A stretch of 32,000 bases of DNA from Corynebacterium amycolatum (GTDB taxonomy: Bacteria > Actinomycetota > Actinomycetes > Mycobacteriales > Mycobacteriaceae). How positions within the stretch are numbered: position 1 is the stretch's first letter; every line of letters starts with the position of its first letter. The position numbers and the translations under genes are program-made. This document shows, in pieces, positions 1 through 8,787 of this stretch. The notes beneath the pieces were generated by a model that had not been told where the DNA came from, ran no database searches, and saw nothing but the letters and a program-made list of their open reading frames with translations. The stretch is taken from NCBI RefSeq assembly GCF_049243625.1, contig NZ_CP046975.1; one strand, given 5' to 3'.

Positions 1-426
1 AACGACTCCGTTATCCAGAAACTGTCCACCGAAGAATCCCTCGAGCTGCTGGCTACGCAGACTTTTGGGCGCCTGGTTGTTCGTCGTAAAGATGATATGG
101 ATCTTTTCCCGCTGAACTACGTCGTTCATGAGGGGAGCATTTACTTCCGCACTGCCGAGGGGTCGAAGCTTTTTACTGTTTCTCTGAACCACGATGTTCT
201 TTTTGAGGCCGACTTTGTTGACAAGGATGCCCAGAAGGCATGGTCGGTCATTGTAAAGGGTGACGCAGAGGTTCTCACCTCCCGCGCGGATATTAACGCT
301 GCAGATGAGCTGCCGCTGAAGCCCTGGCTGCCGACGTTGAAGTACAACTACGTGCGCATTACTCCGAACGATGTTTCCGGTCGCCATTTCCACCTCGGTG
401 AGGAGCCGAATCGCTACGAAGTGTAG
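1..426 (+). CDS. PPOX-class (pyridoxamine 5'-phosphate oxidase-like, FMN-binding split-barrel) family protein; 5' end lies outside the window
   Basis: Frame 1 is open from base 1: NDSVIQKLSTEESLELLATQTFGRLVVRRKDD precedes the tracked Met at 97. The segment LVVRR..DLFPLNYVVHEGSIYFRTAEGSKL...WSVIVKGDAEVL resembles the Pyridox_ox_2-type family. The family call is from memory of its sequence pattern. Confidence 0.6.
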   Translation, partial: NDSVIQKLSTEESLELLATQTFGRLVVRRKDDMDLFPLNYVVHEGSIYFRTAEGSKLFTVSLNHDVLFEADFVDKDAQKAWSVIVKGDAEVLTSRADINAADELPLKPWLPTLKYNYVRITPNDVSGRHFHLGEEPNRYEV

Positions 427-442
427 CGGCGGCATACGGTGC

Positions 443-482
443 TTTTGCTTTACGACGGTGGAGGCTCCGCCGTAAAGCAAAG
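443..482 (+). terminator. hairpin downstream of the PPOX-like gene (possible terminator, no clear U-tract)
   Basis: TTTGCTTTACG (444-454) pairs with CGTAAAGCAAA (471-481). No T-run follows directly; a T6A6 tract lies at 533-544. Confidence 0.3.
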
Positions 483-589
483 CTAGCAGCGTGCAAAGGC
501 AACATTTAGTGACTGAGCACCGCCGTTAGCTGTTTTTTAAAAAATTGTTGGGTTAAATTACCTAAAAGCGCCCTAAGTGAGATTCAACG

Positions 590-611
590 CGTTACAGTCG
601 CAAATGTGACG
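590..611. promoter_or_regulatory. imperfect inverted repeat, candidate TetR operator
   Basis: CGTTACA-N8-TGTGACG has 7-bp arms with one mismatch. It overlaps the first possible start (606) of the TetR gene. If it is an operator, the ATG at 675 is the more likely true start. Confidence 0.2.
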
Positions 612-1202
612 TGCACCATAGAATCGACCGATGGGGTGCCAGCGCAGCCCGATGTGCGCAGGCAGTCCCCACGTATGCAGAAGATCGTAGATGAAGCGCG
701 CGCGATGCTGCGCGAATCGGGTTGGAGCGCAATCAGTATGCGCCGTCTAGCGGCGCGACTCGATGTGAAGGCTCCATCGCTGTATAAGCACATCAGCGGC
801 AAGGAAGAGCTCCTCCAGCTGCTGCTGACCGAGAGTCTCGAGAATCTGGGCAAGCGTATTCATGCCGCCATTGATGAGGAATGCACTTCAGCGTCTCTGC
901 TGCAGGCGTACCGCCAGGCAGTTCTCGACGATCCGCATGGTTACCGACTGATGAGTCGCACCAATTTCGTGAATGTCGTCTCGCCTTCGTCATTGGATGC
1001 CTGGATTCGCGATGCATTCATTAAGGTTGCTGGCGATGAGCCTAAGGGATTGGCCATGTGGGCGTTCGCGCACGGTTTGGTGACCGCCGAGCTCGTCCAG
1101 GATGGTTCACCTGCGCTGGAACCAAGTGCCGAAGCCGGTGCGGCAGACAGCTTGGCCGCAGTTGGAGCTATTTGGGACGCTGGCGCGGAGGCCTTCTCTT
1201 AA
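606..1202 (+). CDS. TetR/AcrR family transcriptional regulator
   Basis: The N-terminal HTH is typical of TetR: WSAISMRRLAARLDVKAPSLYKHISGKEELL. An alternative start is the ATG at 675 (MQKIVDEARAML...). Confidence 0.8.
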   Translation: MTCTIESTDGVPAQPDVRRQSPRMQKIVDEARAMLRESGWSAISMRRLAARLDVKAPSLYKHISGKEELLQLLLTESLENLGKRIHAAIDEECTSASLLQAYRQAVLDDPHGYRLMSRTNFVNVVSPSSLDAWIRDAFIKVAGDEPKGLAMWAFAHGLVTAELVQDGSPALEPSAEAGAADSLAAVGAIWDAGAEAFS

Positions 1203-1239
1203 GGGGGGGCTCACTGCTGGGCCGACCCGGGGCAGTAGC

Positions 1240-2100
1240 TTAGCGCCACCAGGAATCGGCCGGTCCAGGAGGGACGGCTCGCTTGTGCCGGGAAATGGAG
1301 TAGAGGTGCTCGATTCGCGCGGCATCCTCATCTGAGACGGCCTTGCCTTCGAGGTAGTCGTCGATGGCGGTATAGGTCACCCCGAGCGCAACTTCGTCGG
1401 GAAGCGCAGGGCGATCTTCTTCCAGGTCGGCCGTCGGCACCTTCTCCCACGTACTGGATGGTGCGCCGAGGTGACGGAGTAAGGCCGCGCCCTGGCGCTT
1501 GCTCAGCCCCTGCAGCGGGACGAGGTCGCAGGCGCCGTCGCCGTGCTTGGTGTAGAAGCCGGTGACAGCCTCCGCGGCGTGATCTGTTCCGATGACCAAA
1601 GCGCCGTCAACACCCGCCACTGCGTACTGGGCAATCATGCGCATGCGGGCCTTAATATTTCCCTTGTTGAAGTCGCTGATAGCGCTGCCGGCCAGGGCAT
1701 CGGTGACCTGGGCGGTCATCGCGGCGGTGGCCGGTTCGATATCGATAGTTAGCCTTTGGTCAGGTTGAATGAATTGCAGTGCCACCTGTGCGTCGTCCTC
1801 ATCGGCCTGCACGCCGTGGGGGAGGCGAATGGCAATGAAGGTGGCGTCCTCGCCGCCGTTGCGAAGCTTTTCGACGGCCAACTGCGCTAGACGTCCGGCC
1901 AGCGTGGAATCTTGACCGCCGGAAATTCCGAGCACGAATCCCTTGGCGTGCGCGGCGCGGAAATAATCGCAGAGAAAATCGACTCGGCGGCTGATTTCCT
2001 CGGCGGCATTGATGGTGGGCTGGACGTGGAGGTCGTTAATAATCTCCGACTGGAGGGGATGTGGGAAATCCTGTGTGCCTACTGGTGTCATGAGCCTCAC
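1240..2100 (-). CDS. nadE: NH3-dependent NAD+ synthetase
   Basis: PP-loop motif [10 protein letters not shown] is present. The N-terminus is NadE-like ([18 protein letters not shown]) and the length is about 280 aa. The start is either GTG at 2100 or ATG at 2091. Confidence 0.9.
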   Translation of the reverse strand: MRLMTPVGTQDFPHPLQSEIINDLHVQPTINAAEEISRRVDFLCDYFRAAHAKGFVLGISGGQDSTLAGRLAQLAVEKLRNGGEDATFIAIRLPHGVQADEDDAQVALQFIQPDQRLTIDIEPATAAMTAQVTDALAGSAISDFNKGNIKARMRMIAQYAVAGVDGALVIGTDHAAEAVTGFYTKHGDGACDLVPLQGLSKRQGAALLRHLGAPSSTWEKVPTADLEEDRPALPDEVALGVTYTAIDDYLEGKAVSDEDAARIEHLYSISRHKRAVPPGPADSWWR

Positions 2101-2228
2101 TCTACCGCTAGTTCAGGACGGGAAAAGGGATGATTTTCCTGCCAGAAGAGTGCCAAAGCTCTCATCTTTATCGAGTAAGTGCTGTTCGGATAGGGGGTCT
2201 TTGGCCGGAGGGTGGCAAGATTTCCAGC

Positions 2229-3611
2229 GTGAGTACAACCGAACAGAATAAGACTGGACCGAACCGGGAAACCACCACAACTCGGTCGATAGCCGTGGCT
2301 ATCATCGCCGCTCTGGGCGGCCTCCTCTTTGGTTACGACACCGGTGTCATCTCAGGCGCGCTGCTGTATATCCAGCGCTCTTTTGAGCTGACTCCAGGAC
2401 AGGAGTCCACTGTCACCGCCATGCTCTTGGTCGGTGCGGCTATCGGTGCGTTCCTGGGTGGTCGCGTAGCGGACTCTCTGGGGCGCCGTGGCACCATCCT
2501 GCTCGGAGCGGTCGGCTTCATCATCGGCAGTATCTGGTGTGCTTTCGCTACTAGTGCGTTTTCGCTGGGTACTGCGCGTACTTTGCTCGGCGTCTGTATC
2601 GGTGGTGTTTCCATCGTCGTACCGATGTACATCTCCGAAATGGCACCACCGCATGTGCGTGGACGCCTGGTCAGCCTGAACTCGCTGATGATCGTGATTG
2701 GTCAGCTGGTGGCGTTCCTCACCAACTCCGCCCTAGCCTCCTCCGGTAACTGGCGACTCATGCTTGGATTAGGCGCTGTCCCCGGCATCGTGCTGCTCAT
2801 CGGCATGCTGGTTCTGCCGGACACTCCGGCCTACCTCGTCCGTCGAGGACAGGAGGGCAAGGCGCTGGCCGTGCTGCGTCAGATACAGGGAGATGAGGCG
2901 ACCCTGGCTGAGGTTGCCGTTGGTGAGGCGTCGTCAAGCGCCGATCAGCGTGCAGCCGAGCGCCTGGCCGTGAAAACCCCGTGGGTGCGACGCACCGTCA
3001 TCATCGCGATGCTGATTGGCGTGACGCAACAGGTCACGGGCGCGAACGCGATTATGTATTTCGCGCCGACGATGATGAACAAGGTTGGCTTGTCGACGGA
3101 AAGCTCTGTCTATACCTCCATCATCATCGGTATCGCTTCGGTGATTTCGTGTGCAATTGGTATGAGCATCATTGACCGCGTTGGTCGTCGGCGAATGCTG
3201 ATTATCGGTCTGGTGGGCTGTGCAAGCTCGCTGCTCGTGCTGGCGCCCGTCTATGGTTTGTCGAGTAACTCTTCGACGGGTGCCATGATGTCGCTTCTGC
3301 TGATGACCGTATTTATCGTGTTCCAGCAGGCGGCTGTGTCGGTGGCGACCTGGCTCCTGATTTCCGAGATCATCCCGACAGAGGCCCGTGGCCTGGGTAT
3401 GGGGCTGGCAGGGCTCGCGCTATGGGTTGCGAACTGGTTTGTGGCACAGGCTTTTCTTCCGATGGTGGATGCTGTCGGTGGTGCGTGGTCGTTCTTCTTC
3501 TTTGCCATTACGGGCGCAATTGCGCTGGTATTCACCATCAAGGCGGTGCCGGAGACCTCAGGTAAGACGCTTGCCGAGGTCCGCGAGTACATGATTGCCG
3601 CTGCCAAGTAG
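2229..3611 (+). CDS. MFS sugar-porter family transporter (inositol/sugar:H+ symporter-like)
   Basis: Sugar-porter signatures are present: GYDTGVISGAL, GRRGTILLG and PETSGKTLAEV. The protein has 12 hydrophobic segments. The ORF is open from 2130, but the in-frame GTG at 2229 (VSTTEQNK...) removes a non-genic-looking leader. Confidence 0.85.
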   Translation: MSTTEQNKTGPNRETTTTRSIAVAIIAALGGLLFGYDTGVISGALLYIQRSFELTPGQESTVTAMLLVGAAIGAFLGGRVADSLGRRGTILLGAVGFIIGSIWCAFATSAFSLGTARTLLGVCIGGVSIVVPMYISEMAPPHVRGRLVSLNSLMIVIGQLVAFLTNSALASSGNWRLMLGLGAVPGIVLLIGMLVLPDTPAYLVRRGQEGKALAVLRQIQGDEATLAEVAVGEASSSADQRAAERLAVKTPWVRRTVIIAMLIGVTQQVTGANAIMYFAPTMMNKVGLSTESSVYTSIIIGIASVISCAIGMSIIDRVGRRRMLIIGLVGCASSLLVLAPVYGLSSNSSTGAMMSLLLMTVFIVFQQAAVSVATWLLISEIIPTEARGLGMGLAGLALWVANWFVAQAFLPMVDAVGGAWSFFFFAITGAIALVFTIKAVPETSGKTLAEVREYMIAAAK

Positions 3612-3862
3612 AGAAGTGGAAGCAGTTGCAACGTGGGGAGTCACGATCTTGGGGTTGACTGTGAAAGAACATGTTTCCCCCGGATTTTTGGAGTTATTCC
3701 GCTTATTAGGTAGTATGGCAACTCGTGTCGTAACGCATACTCTTTGATATTTCTTCGGATTATCAGGAAAGGTGCGTTGCCAGGCAGTCACTGGGGTGAT
3801 TGTCCGGGGAGAGTGCAGTGTGCACATCCCCGTTTCGGAGCCGAGTAGAAAGGAGCGCCCGA

Positions 3863-3985
3863 ATGAAGGTCCGCAAGTCCCTTCGGTCGCTGAAGAACAA
3901 GCCGGGCGCTCAGGTCGTGCGCCGTCGTGGCAAGGTCTACGTGATCAACAAGAAGGAGCCGCGCTTCAAGGCCCGCCAGGGCTAA
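3863..3985 (+). CDS. rpmJ: 50S ribosomal protein L36, Cys-less (type B / zinc-independent) paralogue
   Basis: [40 protein letters not shown] is a 40-aa L36 sequence with no Cys residues. An RBS (GAAAGGAG) lies at 3848-3855, 7 nt before the ATG. The tracked ORF from 3800 is an upstream over-extension. Confidence 0.85.
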   Translation: MKVRKSLRSLKNKPGAQVVRRRGKVYVINKKEPRFKARQG

Positions 3986-4030
3986 GCCTTATTTAGGCTA
4001 GCGCGAAGCAAATAGCTTCCTCATTTATTG

Positions 4031-4091
4031 CCAAAACCGCAATCTGAAGTCGCAGTTTTACTGTGGCTGAAGGTTGCGGTTTTTGGTTTTT
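4031..4091 (+). terminator. rho-independent terminator after L36
   Basis: AAAACCGCAATCTGAAG ... CTGAAGGTTGCGGTTTT forms a long near-perfect stem. It is followed by TTGGTTTTT. Confidence 0.6.
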
Positions 4092-4442
4092 GGAGGGACA
4101 GGTTCAGGCGGTGACAGCGTTTATGGCTGGGGGCGGTGGAGCGATGGGGCGATGGAAGTTACTGACTGCGTTTATGTCAAAATTGGCCCGAAAAATGGCC
4201 TGAAAGTGTCATAAACTCGGACAGTTTCACATGTGCAGCCTGTAATTTTTGAAATCGCTGCGGAATCCGAAGTTGGGTAGGGGAGGGATAGGGCAGAGCA
4301 GGGACACTGCGGCACCTGGTATTGGTGTGATTGGCCTCGAGCCGTCTTGCAGTAATTGGTTTAACCAAAATGGACCGATAGTTGTTTTTCTACGATTTTC
4401 TAGAATTTTTAGCGTGAAATTACAAGGTTGTGGTGCGTCTGT

Positions 4443-4458
4443 GTACAACATCTTGTGC
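4443..4458. promoter_or_regulatory. candidate NrdR box 1 upstream of nrdH
   Basis: GTACAACATCTTGTGC has an ACAA-N4-TTGT palindromic core. It resembles the 16-bp NrdR-box consensus as I remember it (acaCwAtATaTwGtgt). Confidence 0.45.
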
Positions 4459-4495
4459 GCCAGAGATCTCCGAACAGGGAATACCATGGTTGTGA

Positions 4496-4511
4496 GTACT
4501 ACATCTAGTAT
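4496..4511. promoter_or_regulatory. candidate NrdR box 2 upstream of nrdH
   Basis: GTACTACATCTAGTAT has an ACTA-N4-TAGT palindromic core and the same central CATC as box 1. It lies 53 bp centre-to-centre from box 1. Confidence 0.45.
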
Positions 4512-4724
4512 GACTAGAGTTTTCTAGGCACCAAGTGTAGTGTTTTCGATGTCGAGCCAAGGAGAGCTAAAAGGACCTGTCTGCCACCCGTACTCGGTTT
4601 CTCATGAACCCTGGGAGCTTTCGGTCATTCAACCAATCCGCTGATTCCTCGGCCGCTTCCGTTGTTTGTACGAAGTCGATCCGATTCATTGGTCTTACCC
4701 AAAGCCAGAAAGTTTGTGAGAGTC

Positions 4725-4949
4725 ATGGTTACCGTTTACAGCAAGCCTGCATGTGTCCAGTGCCGCGCTACCACTCGTGCCCTCGATAAGGCTGGAATTG
4801 CCTACGATATCGTCGACATCACCATGGACGATGAGGCTCGGGACTACGTCATGGCTCTCGGTCACCTCCAGGCGCCGGTCGTTGACACTGGCACTGAGAC
4901 CTGGTCGGGTTTCCGCCCGGACCGCATCAAGGCTCTCCAGGCAGCTTAA
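4725..4949 (+). CDS. nrdH: NrdH-redoxin (glutaredoxin-like electron donor for class Ib RNR)
   Basis: MVTVYSKPACVQCRATTRALD carries the CVQC redox motif, and WSGFRPD is also present. It is 74 aa and lies directly upstream of nrdI-nrdE. The tracked ORF from 4662 is over-extended. Confidence 0.9.
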   Translation: MVTVYSKPACVQCRATTRALDKAGIAYDIVDITMDDEARDYVMALGHLQAPVVDTGTETWSGFRPDRIKALQAA

Positions 4950-5034
4950 GAATCACACACCTCTCCGCAGATTTCGTTAACCGCACAGGAAACGGAGATT
5001 GCGGGGGTTTTGCGATGTAAAGGGTGAAGCTCTC

Positions 5035-5457
5035 ATGCTGGTGGTGTATTTCTCCTCGGCGACGGGGAATACACACAAGTTTGTTGAAAAGCTAGGTATC
5101 AAAAATGCCCGCATTCCCATCCGTCGTAATGAGCCGGAGCTTATCGCCGATGAGCCCTATGTCCTCATTTGTCCGACTTATGGTGGTGGCGTTTCCATCA
5201 GCGGTGGTAACTCAAGGCCAGTTCCTCCGCAGGTCATCAAATTTCTTAATAATGAGCACAACCGCTCTTTCATCCGAGGTGTGATTGCTGCCGGCAATCT
5301 CAACTTCGGTGAGGACTTCTGTAAAGCAGGGGATGTCATCTCCTACAAGTGCAAGGTTCCATATCTATATCGCTTCGAGCTGATGGGAACCGACCACGAT
5401 GTGCGGCGAGTCCGAGAAGGGCTAGAGGAGTTCTTCCACGGTAGAGTCAGCGCCTAA
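5035..5457 (+). CDS. nrdI: class Ib ribonucleotide reductase assembly flavoprotein NrdI
   Basis: [21 protein letters not shown] is a flavodoxin-like N-terminus typical of NrdI. The gene sits between nrdH and nrdE. Confidence 0.9.
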   Translation: MLVVYFSSATGNTHKFVEKLGIKNARIPIRRNEPELIADEPYVLICPTYGGGVSISGGNSRPVPPQVIKFLNNEHNRSFIRGVIAAGNLNFGEDFCKAGDVISYKCKVPYLYRFELMGTDHDVRRVREGLEEFFHGRVSA

Positions 5458-5622
5458 GTTGGCAAGCCTCAGTGTCGAGGGAAGGGGCACTGAGGACAAC
5501 CGAATGGATACGCTCGCGGAAGCCGTCGTAAAGCGGTGTGCGAGGAAAATAGCTAGATTGGATTGCTCTGGGCAGTGTTTGAACAGACCCTGTGCAGGCA
5601 AATGAATATTAAAGGAGTCAAC

Positions 5623-7776
5623 GTGTCGGAAATGGGCAAGCAGGTCGCGGAGCCGGTGGGTGAGGACAAGCTGGATTACCACGCGCTCAATGCGCTGCTG
5701 AATCTGTACGGTGAAGACGGCAAGATTCAGTTCGATAAAGACCGCATGGCTGCGCGCCAGTTCTTCTTGCAGCATGTCAATCAGAACACTGTGTTCTTCC
5801 ACAACTTGCGGGAGAAGCTCGATTACCTGGTAGAAAATCACTACTACGAGGCCGAAGTTCTGGAGAAGTACGAATTTGAGGACGTCAAGGCACTGTTCAA
5901 GCAGGCCTATGCCCACAAGTTCCGTTTTCAGACTTTCCTGGGTGCTTACAAATACTACACCTCGTACACACTGAAGACCTTCGACGGCAAGCGTTACTTG
6001 GAGCGCTACGAAGACCGTGTCTGCATGGTTGCTCTCACGCTTGCCGACGGCGACTTGGGGCTCGCGCAGCACCTGGTTGATGAGATCATCACCGGACGCT
6101 TCCAGCCTGCTACTCCTACATTCCTCAACTCCGGTAAGGCCCAGCGCGGCGAACCGGTGAGCTGCTTCCTGCTGCGTATCGAGGACAATATGGAGTCCAT
6201 TGGCCGCGCCATCAACTCCTCGTTGCAGCTGTCCAAGCGCGGCGGTGGTGTGGCACTGCTGCTGAGCAACCTGCGTGAACAGGGTGCTCCGATTAAGCAC
6301 ATCGAGAATCAGTCTTCTGGTGTCATCCCGGTTATGAAGCTGCTGGAGGACTCCTTCTCCTACGCTAACCAGCTGGGTGCTCGCCAGGGTGCTGGCGCTG
6401 TCTACCTGCACGCGCACCACCCGGACATCATGCGCTTCCTGGATACCAAGCGTGAGAATGCGGACGAAAAGATTCGCATCAAGTCGTTGTCGCTCGGCAT
6501 TGTCATTCCGGACATCACGTTCGAGCTGGCCAAGCGTAACGACGACATGTACCTCTTCAGCCCGTACGATGTCGAGCGCGTCTACGGTAAGCCGTTCGCG
6601 GACATTAGTATCACCGAGAACTACGCGGATATGGTCGAGGATCCGCGTATTCGTAAGCAGAAGATCAACGCGCGTCAGTTCTTCCAGACCATCGCTGAGA
6701 TTCAGTTTGAGTCCGGCTACCCGTACATCATGTTCGAGGATACGGTTAACCGCGCGAACCCGATTGAGGGACGTATTAATATGTCGAACCTCTGCTCGGA
6801 GATTCTGCAGGTCAACACCCCGTCGACTTACAATGCAGACCTGTCCTACGAGCACGTTGGTGAGGACATTTCCTGTAACCTTGGCTCGCTGAACATTGCG
6901 ATGACCATGGATTCGCCAGACTTCGGTCGCACCGTCGAGACTGCCATTCGTGGCCTGACTGCGGTCAGTGAGCAGACTTCTATTGATTCGGTGCCATCGA
7001 TTCGCAAGGGAAACGACGGATCTCACGCCATCGGCCTGGGGCAGATGAACCTGCACGGCTACCTTGGCCGCGAGAAGATTATGTACGGCTCGGAAGAGGG
7101 CCTGGACTTCACCAATGCCTACTTCGCAGCAGTGCTCTACGCTGTCCTGCGCGCTTCTAACAAGATTGCTCGTGAGCGCGGTCAGAGGTTCGTCAACTTT
7201 GAGAACTCCGACTACGCCAGCGGCAAGTACTTCGATAACTTCGATCCGGCAGAGTTTCAGCCGAAGACTCAGCACGTAAAGGAGATCTTCGCGAACTCCA
7301 CCGCACACATTCCGGACGCTGAGGACTGGGCGCAGCTGAAGGCCGACGTCATGGAGTACGGCCTGTTCAACCGCAACCTGCAGGCAGTGCCGCCGACCGG
7401 TTCGATTTCGTACATCAACAACTCGACCTCGTCGATTCACCCGATTGCATCTCAGATTGAGATTCGCAAGGAGGGCAAGATTGGTCGCGTTTACTACCCG
7501 GCTCCGCACTTGGACAATGACAATCGCGAGTACTTCCAGGATGCCTACGAAATCGGCTACGAGAAGATTATTGACACTTACGCGGTCGCTACCAAGTATG
7601 TTGACCAGGGACTGTCCCTGACCTTGTTCTTCAAGGACACGGTGAGCACTCGTGATCTCAACCGTGCGCAGATTTACGCATGGCGCAAGGGTATTAAGAC
7701 TCTGTACTACATCCGCCTGCGTCAGGTTGCGCTGGAGGGTACTGAGGTTGAGGGCTGCGTATCCTGCATGCTTTAA
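5623..7776 (+). CDS. nrdE: class Ib ribonucleoside-diphosphate reductase alpha subunit
   Basis: NrdE-typical features are present: N-terminus [24 protein letters not shown], active-site region NLCSEILQ, and C-terminus LYYIRLRQ...CVSCML. AAAGGAG lies 5 nt upstream of the GTG at 5623. Alternative starts are ATG at 5632 and ATG at 5602. Confidence 0.95.
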   Translation: MSEMGKQVAEPVGEDKLDYHALNALLNLYGEDGKIQFDKDRMAARQFFLQHVNQNTVFFHNLREKLDYLVENHYYEAEVLEKYEFEDVKALFKQAYAHKFRFQTFLGAYKYYTSYTLKTFDGKRYLERYEDRVCMVALTLADGDLGLAQHLVDEIITGRFQPATPTFLNSGKAQRGEPVSCFLLRIEDNMESIGRAINSSLQLSKRGGGVALLLSNLREQGAPIKHIENQSSGVIPVMKLLEDSFSYANQLGARQGAGAVYLHAHHPDIMRFLDTKRENADEKIRIKSLSLGIVIPDITFELAKRNDDMYLFSPYDVERVYGKPFADISITENYADMVEDPRIRKQKINARQFFQTIAEIQFESGYPYIMFEDTVNRANPIEGRINMSNLCSEILQVNTPSTYNADLSYEHVGEDISCNLGSLNIAMTMDSPDFGRTVETAIRGLTAVSEQTSIDSVPSIRKGNDGSHAIGLGQMNLHGYLGREKIMYGSEEGLDFTNAYFAAVLYAVLRASNKIARERGQRFVNFENSDYASGKYFDNFDPAEFQPKTQHVKEIFANSTAHIPDAEDWAQLKADVMEYGLFNRNLQAVPPTGSISYINNSTSSIHPIASQIEIRKEGKIGRVYYPAPHLDNDNREYFQDAYEIGYEKIIDTYAVATKYVDQGLSLTLFFKDTVSTRDLNRAQIYAWRKGIKTLYYIRLRQVALEGTEVEGCVSCML

Positions 7777-7828
7777 GCAAGCGTGTTTGAGGGCTAGGCA
7801 TCTAATGCTTTAGCTGTAGCGCATTGAA

Positions 7829-7877
7829 GGCGCGAGAATTTCCCCGAGTTTTGTCGGGAGGTTCTCGCGCCTTTTTC
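7829..7877 (+). terminator. rho-independent terminator after nrdE
   Basis: GGCGCGAGAA...TTCTCGCGCC forms the outer stem and CCCCGA/TCGGGAG an inner stem. TTTTT follows. Confidence 0.7.
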
Positions 7878-8011
7878 GTCACTCCACCCAATTGGGAACA
7901 AATGTAAATATTACTATTGACGGTTGTAATGCAGGTAATTAACCTGGGCAGTGGTACACCAATGTTCGCGTAATTTTCACCCACGGCTAGTGGGAGAAGG
8001 GGCTGGAAGCC

Positions 8012-8737
8012 ATGTCCGATACCACTGGTAAGAGCACTCCACACATCAACCCAAAGGGTGCGCCGATTGCAGAAACTATTTTGTTGCCAGGTGACCCGCT
8101 GCGTGCGAAGTTCATTGCGGAGACCTATTTGGACGATGTCGTTCAGTTCAACGAAGTTCGCAACATGCTGGGTTTTACCGGCACCTACCAGGGGCAGGAA
8201 GTGTCTGTCATGGGGTCCGGTATGGGTATTCCGTCTATCTCGCTGTACTCCTGGGAACTTATCCATGTTTTCGGCTGCAAGAAGCTGATTCGCGTCGGTT
8301 CGTGCGGCGCGTTGCAGCCGGAGCTGGACCTGTATGACGTGGTTATTGGCCAGACGGCGTCGACTGACTCCAATTTTCTATCGCAGTACAACTTGCCGGG
8401 AACATTCGCCCCGTCCGCATCTTTCCGTCTGATTGAAGATGTTCGCGATCGCGCCCGCGAGCAGGGCATCACAACACACGTCGGCAACATCTTGTCCAGC
8501 GATATTTTCTACAACTTCCAGGATGATGTGAACGACCGTTGGGCACGCATGGGTGTGCTGGCGGTGGAGATGGAATCTGCTGGCCTTTATGCCACTGCCG
8601 CCGAGGCCGGTGTGGAGGCCATGGGAATCTTCACTGTGTCGGACAACATCGTCACCGGTGGAAAGACCACTCCGGAAGAACGTGAGAAGGCCTTCACGAC
8701 GATGATGGAGCTCGCATTGCCGCTGGCTCGACTCTAG
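8012..8737 (+). CDS. deoD: purine nucleoside phosphorylase, DeoD type (hexameric PNP family)
   Basis: DeoD-like segments are present: TPHINPKGAPIAETILLPGDPLRAKFIAE, GSGMGIPSISLY and VEMESAGLYA. Length is 241 aa. Confidence 0.9.
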   Translation: MSDTTGKSTPHINPKGAPIAETILLPGDPLRAKFIAETYLDDVVQFNEVRNMLGFTGTYQGQEVSVMGSGMGIPSISLYSWELIHVFGCKKLIRVGSCGALQPELDLYDVVIGQTASTDSNFLSQYNLPGTFAPSASFRLIEDVRDRAREQGITTHVGNILSSDIFYNFQDDVNDRWARMGVLAVEMESAGLYATAAEAGVEAMGIFTVSDNIVTGGKTTPEEREKAFTTMMELALPLARL

Positions 8738-8787
8738 TGTCCTGGTCTGCAATCAATTGGCTTGAAGTGTGAAATAGGTACAGTGCG

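Noticed and set aside
533-544. T6A6 palindrome upstream of the TetR gene
   Set aside because: It is probably just an AT-rich spacer or bend next to the preceding hairpin, and there is no supporting repeat.
4177-4527. ORFs of 63-92 aa in the L36-nrdH gap
   Set aside because: They overlap one another in different frames, lack an RBS, and have odd composition. They also overlap the candidate NrdR boxes. They are treated as non-coding.
4512-4724. Possible cobalamin riboswitch in the nrdH leader
   Set aside because: B12 riboswitches control some actinobacterial RNR operons. I could not find a B12-box-like element or the conserved core by eye. An Infernal scan would be decisive.
5422-7509. 695-aa ORF on the minus strand
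   Set aside because: It lies entirely antisense to nrdE, whose identity is unambiguous. Its composition (very rich in Arg, Leu and Val) is typical of a shadow ORF in a high-GC gene, and no motif was recognised.
7887-7896. CCCAATTGGG perfect palindrome, and a TTGACG-17-TAACCT promoter-like pattern at 7917-7945 upstream of deoD
   Set aside because: These are short motifs of a kind that can easily arise by chance. They are plausible as a deoD operator and promoter but cannot be supported from sequence alone.
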